Of a stretch of DNA of 64,000 nt, positions 9,563 to 17,507 are shown one piece after another. The translations under genes and the position numbers were made by a program. The notes beneath the pieces are model-generated. The model had not been told where the DNA came from, ran no database searches, and was given only the letters and a program-made list of their open reading frames with translations. This DNA comes from an uncultured Eubacteriales bacterium (GTDB lineage: Bacteria > Bacillota > Clostridia > Oscillospirales > QAMX01): assembly GCA_959600635.1 (NCBI GenBank), contig CAUGMN010000003.1, positions 6,527-70,526 of the forward strand, given 5' to 3'. Position 1 is the first letter of the stretch, and each line of letters begins with the position of its first letter.

Positions 9563-9837
9563 ATTCCTTCCTCCTGATATTTGGATATTCAGATCCTCTT
9601 TTGCGGATCGGTATCGCCTTAAAACGACATGGGCCGCTTCGCTGCGGCGTCCGGTTTTCAGCATAGACATGCTCCGGTTTTTGGGTTTTTCCACCCGTTC
9701 AGCCGCCGAATGCGCGCGTTACACATTTCAGTGTTATTTGGTGTTAAAATGAAACATGAAATATTTTTAGCGACGCTTCATCGGTAAATAATAATTTTTT
9801 ATTATGCCACAGTTCAAGGTCCAAAAGCTTTTTATTT

Positions 9838-9866
9838 ATTATAATCGCGCCCATCTTCCGTGTCAA
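9838..9866 (-). promoter_or_regulatory. consensus promoter for the SLH protein gene
   Basis: Minus strand reads TTGACA - 17 nt - TATAAT (a perfect consensus); it implies a ~270-nt leader. Confidence 0.65.
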
Positions 9867-9927
9867 ATCCCGTATGTCGCGAAAAAAGTTGATTTTTTCG
9901 TCGCTTTTTGCAATAAATGAAAGTTTA

Positions 9928-9938
9928 CCCCCCCCCCC
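9928..9938. repeat. C11/G11 homopolymer tract
   Basis: 11 consecutive C on the plus strand, about 60-70 bp upstream of the -35 at 9861-9866, followed by a phased A/T-rich tract. Confidence 0.95.
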
Positions 9939-10117
9939 GTATTTTTATATTTTTTTATATTTTTTTGTTCATCTCTATTTGTCGTTTTTATTCTTTATTC
10001 GTCGTACGGGCGGGGGTTTTTATGCGGGCGGGCAATCGTTGGCGCCGTGCTGCGGCATACTGCCCGCCCGCAGATCATATAGTGGATATAGCGCCCGGTC
10101 CGCCGATACAAAATCCG

Positions 10118-10145
10118 TGCAAACGGCCGGTGGATGTGGTATAAT
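10118..10145 (+). promoter_or_regulatory. promoter candidate for the flavoprotein gene
   Basis: TGCAAA - 16 nt - TATAAT with TGg extended -10, about 100 nt upstream of the ATG at 10247. Confidence 0.45.
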
Positions 10146-10246
10146 ATTTTTGACTGTAACCCTGTGTCCCGCTCCGCCTTAGCCGTTCCCGGCAGGGAAC
10201 GGAGCGGCGGCCGGAATCCAGACAAATCGATTGGAGGAACGAAACG

Positions 10247-10870
10247 ATGAAGGTTTTGCTGATTAACGGCAGTCCGCACGAGCGGGGCTGTACCTATACC
10301 GCGCTGTCCGAGGTCGCCGCCGCGCTTGAACGCGAGGGAGTCGGAACGGAAATCGTCCACATCGGCGGCGGCGCCATCGCCGGCTGTTCCGGCTGCGGCG
10401 GCTGCCGAAAGGGCGGCGGCTGTATTCACCAAAACGACAGCGTCAACCGGATTTCGCAGAAAGCCATGGAGAGCGACGGCTTCGTCATCGGCTCGCCCGT
10501 CCACTATGCGGCCGCCTCCGGCGCGCTTACCGCGCTGCTCGACCGCTGCTTCTATTCCAACAGCGCGGCCTTTGCGTATAAGCCCGCGGCCTGCGTGCTC
10601 TCGTGCCGCCGCGCCGGGGCGACGGCGGCGTTTGAACAGCTCAACAAGTATTTTACGATCTCAAATATGCCCGTGGTTTCCTCTAATTATTGGAACATGG
10701 TGCACGGCAACACGCCCGAAGAGGTCCGTCAGGATCTCGAAGGCATGCAGATCATGCGCATCCTCGGCAGAAACATGGCGTGGCTGCTCAAATGTATCGA
10801 CGCGGGCAAGCAAAACGGCGTCGGCCGCCCGGAGAGCGAGCCGAAAATCAGGACGAATTTCATCCGCTGA
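10247..10870 (+). CDS. flavodoxin-like fold NAD(P)H-dependent FMN reductase / iron-sulfur flavoprotein-like
   Basis: MKVLLINGSPHERGCTYTAL opening, Cys cluster CSGCGGCRKGGGC, GSPVHYAAASG motif, GGAGG RBS. Confidence 0.85.
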   Translation: MKVLLINGSPHERGCTYTALSEVAAALEREGVGTEIVHIGGGAIAGCSGCGGCRKGGGCIHQNDSVNRISQKAMESDGFVIGSPVHYAAASGALTALLDRCFYSNSAAFAYKPAACVLSCRRAGATAAFEQLNKYFTISNMPVVSSNYWNMVHGNTPEEVRQDLEGMQIMRILGRNMAWLLKCIDAGKQNGVGRPESEPKIRTNFIR

Positions 10871-10957
10871 GCCGCGCCGTCCGGCGCGCCGGAGCGGAGC
10901 GGCGGGACGGAGACGGCCGCCGCGGCAGCTTCACGCCATCTGCCTAAAATAGAAAGC

Positions 10958-10999
10958 AAAAACGCGCCGGGGAAAGCGCTTTTCCCCGGCGCGTTTTCT
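10958..10999. terminator. bidirectional terminator between convergent genes
   Basis: Perfect 17-bp palindrome AACGCGCCGGGGAAAGC/GCTTTCCCCGGCGCGTT, flanked by an A-run and a T-run. Confidence 0.8.
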
Positions 11000-11049
11000 G
11001 ATTTTATTGTTATCTGCCGCCGCCAACGAGACGACGCCCGCAGAACCGC

Positions 11050-11478
11050 TCAGGCATTCAGGATTGCTAACGCCGACCGGTATTTTTCAGCGCGTTTCAA
11101 GTCTTTTTCGGTGATGCGGTCCAGCCTTGTCAGATCCAAATTGTGCGTCAGATCGGCAATCTTCACTCTTCTGGCAAGGTCGTTTTCCCTGATTTTCCGG
11201 ACGTAATCAAGGTACGGAACGCTTTTGTCATGCGTCATCAGCGCAACTGCGGCCACGACCTCATCCGGAAAGCCCATCGCCCTTAAAGCCTGAAAGGTGA
11301 CGTCCGTATCTTCAACGATGTCATGGAGCAGCGCGACGCAGGCGGAAGCTTCATCCGTCATGGACTCCGCGACATGGAAGGGATGAAAGGGATACGGTAT
11401 ACCGCACTGATCCGATTGACCCTTATGCTTCTCAAAGCACAGCTTCATCGCCTTCTTCGTCAATTCCGTATAAATCAT
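11050..11478 (-). CDS. HD-domain protein, small alarmone ((p)ppGpp) hydrolase-like
   Basis: 142 aa with KHKGQ..., HPFHVAE and LLHDIVEDT motifs, as in the RelA/SpoT hydrolase domain. Confidence 0.75.
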   Translation of the reverse strand: MIYTELTKKAMKLCFEKHKGQSDQCGIPYPFHPFHVAESMTDEASACVALLHDIVEDTDVTFQALRAMGFPDEVVAAVALMTHDKSVPYLDYVRKIRENDLARRVKIADLTHNLDLTRLDRITEKDLKRAEKYRSALAILNA

Positions 11479-11700
11479 CGTTCCGATTCCCCCAGTCGTC
11501 TGCCGCTCCCTTTACAGATTGATTATATCGGTCTGTTTCAGCGATGTCAACAGCCTTCATCCGGTTTCTGTGAAAAAATTCGTTTCCGGCAGAATACCTC
11601 GCAGAGTTTCCCGGAGAGATATAAGCGGCGCGCGGCTCTTAGCCGCGCGCCGAAAAAATTCGCATAAGCCTTACGGGCAGAAATCCGCCTCTTTCAACGC

Positions 11701-11913
11701 TCAATGAAAAAAGAACAGATATCCGACGCCGGCCATAGCCAGCAGGATCAACAGCACCACGGGGACAATGACCAGCAGCGCCGACAGAATCATCGCCAGA
11801 AGATCGCCCTTTTCCATGCTGTCTTTCAGCGGCGGCTGCTCCGTTTCGCCGTTTTTCCGCTTTTTGTCGCGCAGCGCGTTGAGCTGACCCTCAAATTTTC
11901 TGCGGAAAAGCAT
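11701..11913 (-). CDS. small membrane protein (70 aa) trailing the ABC operon
   Basis: GAGAGGAAGGGA RBS, 27 nt after the ATPase stop; one clear TM helix (LLAMILSALLVIVPVVLLILLAMAGVGYLFFF). Confidence 0.5.
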   Translation of the reverse strand: MLFRRKFEGQLNALRDKKRKNGETEQPPLKDSMEKGDLLAMILSALLVIVPVVLLILLAMAGVGYLFFFH

Positions 11914-11940
11914 CGCGTCCGTCCCTTCCTCTCCCGCCGC

Positions 11941-13470
11941 TCACGCTTCGCCGCGCTTGATTTCCTCGGCGCGGTGGCATGCGACGAAATGCTCCGGTTT
12001 CAGCTCGCGCCATTCGGGCGCGACGTGCCGGCAGATCTCGGCGCAGTAGGCACAGCGCGTGTGGAATTTGCAGCCCTGCGGCGGATTGACAGGGCTGGGG
12101 ATGTCGCCTTCCAGAATGACGAGATCCTTGCCGCCGTCCGCGTCTGTGGTCGGGATCGCCGCCAGCAGCGCCTGCGTATACGGGTGAAGCGGGTCGGCAA
12201 AGATCTCCCCCGAGGCCGCCAGCTCGACCATATTCCCCAGATACATCACGCCGATACGGTCGCTGATGTATTTGACGACCGAGAGGTCATGCGTGATAAA
12301 GAGATAGGTCAGGTTTTGCTGCTCGCGCAGATCCTGCAAAAGGTTGATAATCTGCGACTGAATCGAAACGTCGAGCGCGGAGACCGCCTCGTCGCAGACG
12401 ATGAATTTCGGCCGCACCGCGAGGCTGCGCGCGATGCCGATGCGCTGGCGCTGTCCGCCCGAAAACTGGTGCGGATAGCGGTGCAGAAAGTACGGCTGCA
12501 AGCCGCACTCGTCCATGACCCGCAGCACCTCCTCCTGCATCCGCTCGTCGTTTTTTCTGAAATAGCCGTGCGCGAGCATTCCCTCGCCAACGATCTGTCC
12601 GACCGTCATGCGCGGGTTCAGCGACGAATACGGGTCTTGGAAAATCAGCTGCAAGTCGCAGCGCAGCGCGCGCATCTCCTCGGTCGTGAGCCGCGCCAGA
12701 TCGATGCCGTCGTCGAGATAAGCTTCGTACCGTGCAAACTCGGCGTTGCCCGCATAGGCGGCGCGCATGGAATCAATCTTCGCCTCAGCCGCGCCCAGCT
12801 CCGCGTCGATTGCGCCGAGCGCTTTGTCGGCCGCGGCGAGCGCGGCGTCAAGGCGTTTCAGCTTTTCTCCGCCCTTTCCGCTCTTCTGACACCGGTAGGC
12901 GCAGTCGTCATGATCGAGCTGGAGTTTCTTTTTCCGGTTCAGCGCGTCGCGCCGTTTGAGGCTGAGGCGGTAAACGGCCATGAACGCCTCCTCCACCGGC
13001 CGGTAGTCCTCGGCAATCAGGAAACCGCCGATGAGATTGGCGAGATCGAGCAGAGCGTCGTGCGCCTCCTTGACGGCGCGGTCGTATGCATCGTGCAGCT
13101 TGAAGCGGCCCTGTTCGTCGGCCTCGTCATAGAGCTTTTTCATCGCGTCGCGCTTGGATTCGCAGATTTGCAGCTGTCTGCGCTTTTTCGTCAGGCTTTT
13201 CAGCGTTTTTTTCACATACTTCGGCGCGATGTCTTTCAGGGAGCGGCCGTAATACATGGTGCGCCCGTCGGTCTGGCGGTAGAGCTGCAAAAGCGTCCGG
13301 CCGAGCGTCGACTTTCCGCAGCCCGACTCGCCGACCAGCCCGAAGACCTCGCCCTCGTAGATATCGACGGATATCCCGTCGTTGGCCTTGACATAGAGGC
13401 CGCGCTTTTTCAGCGGAAAATACTGTTTCAGTCCGCTGATGCGCAGCAGAACCTTTTTATCGTTCGCCAT
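11941..13470 (-). CDS. Opp/Dpp-type ABC ATP-binding protein (OppF-like) with a ~185-aa helical insert
   Basis: Walker A GESGCGKST, FQDPYSSLNP, LSGGQRQR signature, Walker B FIVCDEAVSALD and the C-terminal oligopeptide-type Cys/His tail. 509 aa, versus about 320 aa typical. Confidence 0.9.
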   Translation of the reverse strand: MANDKKVLLRISGLKQYFPLKKRGLYVKANDGISVDIYEGEVFGLVGESGCGKSTLGRTLLQLYRQTDGRTMYYGRSLKDIAPKYVKKTLKSLTKKRRQLQICESKRDAMKKLYDEADEQGRFKLHDAYDRAVKEAHDALLDLANLIGGFLIAEDYRPVEEAFMAVYRLSLKRRDALNRKKKLQLDHDDCAYRCQKSGKGGEKLKRLDAALAAADKALGAIDAELGAAEAKIDSMRAAYAGNAEFARYEAYLDDGIDLARLTTEEMRALRCDLQLIFQDPYSSLNPRMTVGQIVGEGMLAHGYFRKNDERMQEEVLRVMDECGLQPYFLHRYPHQFSGGQRQRIGIARSLAVRPKFIVCDEAVSALDVSIQSQIINLLQDLREQQNLTYLFITHDLSVVKYISDRIGVMYLGNMVELAASGEIFADPLHPYTQALLAAIPTTDADGGKDLVILEGDIPSPVNPPQGCKFHTRCAYCAEICRHVAPEWRELKPEHFVACHRAEEIKRGEA

Positions 13471-14455
13471 GCCTGTCCTCCTCCCTCGGATAGAAGCAGC
13501 GGATCTGCTGAACGTCGGAAACCTTCGTCAGTTCCGGCTCCTCCTCGCGGCACCGCTCGGTCGCAAACTTGCAGCGAGGCGCGAATTTACAGCCTTTCGG
13601 CAGGTCGAGCGGATGCGGCACGGCGCCCGGAATCGCTTCCAGCCGGACGTTCATGGGCGTATCCAGCCGCGGGACCGACATCATCAGGTCGTGCGTATAG
13701 GGGTGCGAGTATTCCGGCTTGGAAAACAGCACGCGCGCGGGCGACATCTCGACGACCTGCCCGCAGTACATGACCGCCACGTCGTCGGCCATCTGGTTGA
13801 TCACGCCCAAATCGTGGGTGATAAACAGAATCGACGTGCCGTGCTCCTTTTTGAGGTCGTTCATCAGTTTTAAAATCTGCGCCTGAATCGTGACGTCAAG
13901 GGCGGTCGTCGGCTCGTCCGCGATCAGCAGCTTGGGGCGGCATGCGAGCGCCATGGCGATCATCACGCGCTGCCGCATTCCGCCGGAGAGCTGATGCGGA
14001 TACTGCCTGGCGACGATTTCGGGGTTGGGAATTTTGACGTCGGCGAGCATCTCGACAACGCGCTTCTCCGCCTCTTTTTTGGAAAGCCCCTGATGGATCA
14101 GAAACGGCTCCTGCATCTGGCGCATGATTGTAAAGACCGGATTCAGGCTCGTCATCGGCTCCTGAAAGATCACAGAGATATCGTTGCCGCGGATCTTGTA
14201 CATCTGCTCGATGCTCAGCTTTGTGAGGTCGGTGCCGTTGAAGAGGATTTCGCCGCTGTCGATATAGCCGTTGCCGTCGAGCAGGCGCAGAATGCTCATC
14301 GCTGAGACGCTCTTGCCCGAGCCGGATTCGCCGACGACGCCGAGCGTTTTCCCCGCCTCGACGCTGTACGAGACGTCGTTGACCGCCTTAACGGTGCCGC
14401 GCCGCGTTTTGAAGAAGGTTTTCAGATGTTTTAATTCCAAAAGCGCCATATCCAA
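13457..14455 (-). CDS. Opp/Dpp-type ABC ATP-binding protein (OppD-like)
   Basis: [16 protein letters not shown] and [12 protein letters not shown] motifs; 332 aa; overlaps the downstream ATPase gene by 14 nt. Confidence 0.92.
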   Translation of the reverse strand: MDMALLELKHLKTFFKTRRGTVKAVNDVSYSVEAGKTLGVVGESGSGKSVSAMSILRLLDGNGYIDSGEILFNGTDLTKLSIEQMYKIRGNDISVIFQEPMTSLNPVFTIMRQMQEPFLIHQGLSKKEAEKRVVEMLADVKIPNPEIVARQYPHQLSGGMRQRVMIAMALACRPKLLIADEPTTALDVTIQAQILKLMNDLKKEHGTSILFITHDLGVINQMADDVAVMYCGQVVEMSPARVLFSKPEYSHPYTHDLMMSVPRLDTPMNVRLEAIPGAVPHPLDLPKGCKFAPRCKFATERCREEEPELTKVSDVQQIRCFYPREEDRHGER

Positions 14456-14463
14456 ACTCCTCC

Positions 14464-16305
14464 CTACCGTTCACGCGACTTTGGATCGATGGCGTCCCGC
14501 AGGCCGTCGCCGATGGTGTTGATACAGATCGTACAGATGCCGAAGATCAGCGCCGTAAACACCCACTGCCACCAGTACTGCTGGATGACGATGGAGTTGT
14601 TCGCGCCTTTGAGCATGTTGCCCCAGGTCGGCTGCGGCGGCGAAACGCCGAAGCCGAGATAGGAGAGCGAGGATTCCGTCAGCATGCTCGTGGCAAAGTC
14701 GAGCGTGGCGCTGACGACGACGATTGAAATCACGTTGGGCAGAATGTGCCGGAAGAGAATCTTGCGCTCGCGCACGCCCATGGCCTTTGCAGCGGTCACA
14801 TATTCGCTCTCTCTCGCTGAGAAAATCTGCGCGCGCACCAGGCGGCAGATGCTCGTCCATGACAGCACGCCGAGAATCACCATAATCAGATAAATCCGCT
14901 GCGATTCGCTCATCAGCGAGCCGACCACCGCCGACATAATCATCGCAAACGGCAGGAACGGCAGACCGCCGACAATCTCGGCGACGCGCATGATCACCGT
15001 GTCGACCTTTCCGCCGAAGTAACCGGCCAGAGAGCCGAGCAGAACGCCGATAATCGTCGAGATAATCACCGCGACGGCGCCGACCGTCATCGTCATACGG
15101 CCGCCGTTAATCAGGCGTGTCAAAACGTCGCGGCCGAGCCCGTCGGTGCCGAGAATATAGCCCTTCAAGCCCCATTTATACAGCTCGCCGCTCTCGGTAA
15201 CCGCGTAATTCTGGTAATAGTCGGTATAAAAAGCGGCGGTCGTTTCCTTTGCAAGCCCGGACGGTACGCTCGCCTGGCCGAAGCTGTCGTCGCCCCAGCA
15301 GTAGAGCTTACCGGTATCGGTCAGAGCCGTATAGTGGTATTTCCCGCCCTGAATTTTCACAAATTTCCCGTCGGTCTGCTGGGGAATCTGCTGTTCGCCG
15401 TGCATGGTGTTGCCCCAGACCACAATCGACCCGTCTTTCAGGAGCGCGGCGCAGCTCGAATCGCCGGCCGCGATGTCGACGACGTTGCCGCCGCTGGCAA
15501 TCGCTTCCGGAATCGTCGAAATCGAGCTGCTCTTCATGCCCGTAAAGGCGACGTTTCCGTCGTTGAGCAGCGAGATATAGCCAAACGAGGTCAGCGCTAC
15601 CTTATCGATGCGGCCCTGAAATTCCTCCTTGACCTTGGCATCCACGTTCAGCATGTTGCCCCACATATAGAGATAGCCGTCATGGGTGACGACCGCCGAG
15701 ATCTGGTTTCCGGCTTCGAGCTGCTTGACGTCCTCCGCTTTCAATTTGCCGAGGGAGTTGGGCATGACGTCCTGCCCGTTCATCGTGGAGCCCCAGACGT
15801 AGAAGTCGCCTCTGTCGTCCATGGCGACGACATGGTCGACGCCCGCCGCGACGCGGATAATTTTGGCGTTCTTCACCGCCGTTGGAATTTTGGCGACGTT
15901 GCGCGTGCGGCTCATCTTCGTCTTGCCCCATGTATAGACCGTGCCCTCGCTGTCTATGCCTACACCGAAGCGCGCGGACGCGGACAGCTGTACGATGTCC
16001 TTTTCCAGCGCCGACGGCACGCTCATCATGTTCTTTCCGGGCGCGATGTTGCTCTGCGAGTTGTCGCTGTATCCCAGATCAAGAGGAAAAAAGAGCGGTC
16101 CGATCATGACGAACAGGAAAATCAGCAAAAAGACCACGAGCGCTGTCATCGCCAGCTTGTTGTGCAGAAAGTGCTTGATAATGGTTCGGATCGGGCTTTG
16201 AACCTGTTCTTCCTCAAAGACGTTCATCTCATTCTGAGCGCCGAAAAACAGACGTCTGAACCACCCGAAACGCTTCGGATTCTTTTTCTTCTCGGATTTT
16301 TCCAT
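14464..16305 (-). CDS. Opp/Dpp-type ABC permease (OppC-like) with a ~300-aa RCC1-like beta-propeller inserted after TM1
   Basis: TM1, then repeated G.vY.WG.n..GQ...P blades (TVYTWGKT, DFYVWGSTMNGQDVMP, YLYMWGN, SIVVWGNTMHGEQQIP, KLYCWGDDSFGQASVP, ELYKWG), then the canonical GTDGLGRDVLTRL motif and permease core. ATG at 16305 with a GAGGGGA RBS is preferred; a GTG at 16320 is possible. Confidence 0.88.
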   Translation of the reverse strand: MEKSEKKKNPKRFGWFRRLFFGAQNEMNVFEEEQVQSPIRTIIKHFLHNKLAMTALVVFLLIFLFVMIGPLFFPLDLGYSDNSQSNIAPGKNMMSVPSALEKDIVQLSASARFGVGIDSEGTVYTWGKTKMSRTRNVAKIPTAVKNAKIIRVAAGVDHVVAMDDRGDFYVWGSTMNGQDVMPNSLGKLKAEDVKQLEAGNQISAVVTHDGYLYMWGNMLNVDAKVKEEFQGRIDKVALTSFGYISLLNDGNVAFTGMKSSSISTIPEAIASGGNVVDIAAGDSSCAALLKDGSIVVWGNTMHGEQQIPQQTDGKFVKIQGGKYHYTALTDTGKLYCWGDDSFGQASVPSGLAKETTAAFYTDYYQNYAVTESGELYKWGLKGYILGTDGLGRDVLTRLINGGRMTMTVGAVAVIISTIIGVLLGSLAGYFGGKVDTVIMRVAEIVGGLPFLPFAMIMSAVVGSLMSESQRIYLIMVILGVLSWTSICRLVRAQIFSARESEYVTAAKAMGVRERKILFRHILPNVISIVVVSATLDFATSMLTESSLSYLGFGVSPPQPTWGNMLKGANNSIVIQQYWWQWVFTALIFGICTICINTIGDGLRDAIDPKSRER

Positions 16306-16316
16306 AGCTTTTCCCC

Positions 16317-17306
16317 TCACTTGTCAACCCGGACGCGCGGGTCGACGAGTCCGTAGCTGAGATCCGTCAGCAGGATTCCGACAAGGCTGACGACCGTGTA
16401 AAACATCTGCATGGCAAGCACGAGCTCATAGTCCTGATTGGTCAGCCCGTTATAATACAAAACGCCCATGCCGTTGAGGGCAAACGTCGTCTCGATGATG
16501 ATGGAACCGCTGAAAATGCTCAGGAACCATCCGATCACCAGCGTGATAACCGGCAGCAGCGCGTTCCGCCACGCGTGGGAGTAAATCACGACCTTTTCGC
16601 GCAGGCCCTTGGCCCGCGCCGTGCGCACATAGTCCATGCTGAGCGCCTCGATCATGGAAGCGCGGACGTAGCGCGTCATGCCGCCCAGCGAAGCCATGGT
16701 CATAACGATCAGCGGCAGCGCGATGTAGTAGAGCTTATCGACGAAAGCGCGCAGCCCCGTATAGGAGGAGCCGGGCGTTTTGATGCCGCTGACCGGAAAA
16801 ATCTGGATCAGCACGCAGAAGAGATAGATCATAATCAGCGCGATAATATAAATCGGGATACTGTATCCGACGATCGAGCTGACCTGCACGGCGTTGTCGA
16901 ACTTCGAGCCCCGTTTGACCGCGCAGCGGATCCCGAGCGGAATCGTAATCGCCAGCGCCAGAATCGTTGAGAAAATGTTGATGAAAATCGTCGTCTTCAT
17001 CGGTTCCTTAATGACGTTGACGACCTCCGTCTTATAAAAGCTGGATGTGCCGAAATCTCCGGTAATCAGGTTTCCAAACCATTTCCCGAAGCGGGCGATC
17101 ATCGGATCGTTGAGGCCGAGCCGTTCCCTTGCGGCCTGATATTCCTGCTCATAGGTGCCCGATTTAATCAGCTCCTGCCGGCGGCTTTCCAGTTCCGCGC
17201 GCGCCGGGTCGCCGGGGATCAGGTTGTACAGATAAAACATCAGAAAGCCGATCACCGTAAAAACTATGGCGATGTACAACAGCCGTTTTAAAATGTATTT
17301 CGTCAT
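16317..17306 (-). CDS. Opp/Dpp-type ABC permease (OppB-like)
   Basis: MTKYILKRLLYIAIVF opening, 6 TM helices, and an EAA-like loop (YVRTARAKGLREKVVIYSHAWRNALLP). Confidence 0.92.
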   Translation of the reverse strand: MTKYILKRLLYIAIVFTVIGFLMFYLYNLIPGDPARAELESRRQELIKSGTYEQEYQAARERLGLNDPMIARFGKWFGNLITGDFGTSSFYKTEVVNVIKEPMKTTIFINIFSTILALAITIPLGIRCAVKRGSKFDNAVQVSSIVGYSIPIYIIALIMIYLFCVLIQIFPVSGIKTPGSSYTGLRAFVDKLYYIALPLIVMTMASLGGMTRYVRASMIEALSMDYVRTARAKGLREKVVIYSHAWRNALLPVITLVIGWFLSIFSGSIIIETTFALNGMGVLYYNGLTNQDYELVLAMQMFYTVVSLVGILLTDLSYGLVDPRVRVDK

Positions 17307-17375
17307 CCGATCACCAAATTTCTAAAAATAATCCTGTTATATGGGGCAGGCAGCGGAGCCATTTCTTTGCCGGCG

Positions 17376-17431
17376 CCGTTCCTTTTGCTTTCGAAGCCGC
17401 GCTCTGCCGGCTCCGAAAGCAAAAGGAACGG
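17376..17431 (-). promoter_or_regulatory. intercistronic stem-loop after the binding-protein gene
   Basis: 18-bp arms CCGTTCCTTTTGCTTTCG / CGAAAGCAAAAGGAACGG with no clean U-tract. Its position between the SBP and permease genes is typical of differential mRNA stability or attenuation elements. Confidence 0.5.
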
Positions 17432-17507
17432 GGAAGGACGGCTCGTTTGATCGTCCCTCCCCGTCGAATTGCGTCAGCAGGTTATGCCAATTTGATCTGA
17501 TTGCTGT

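Noticed and set aside
10150-10246. Riboswitch or attenuator upstream of the flavoprotein gene (hairpin CCGCTC..CGTTCCC-GGCA-GGGAACG-GAGCGG).
   Set aside because: It is a single imperfect hairpin with no U-tract or recognisable aptamer features, which is insufficient for a call.
11704-13773. Very long ORFs antisense to real genes (e.g. 11704..13773, 17598..19616, 20456..22030, 24109..26280, 46016..48340, 52764..56513, 60399..62546).
   Set aside because: Their translations are Arg/Ala/Gly/Pro-rich, low-complexity sequences with no motifs. They mirror well-supported genes on the other strand, which is the typical shadow-ORF pattern in high-GC DNA.
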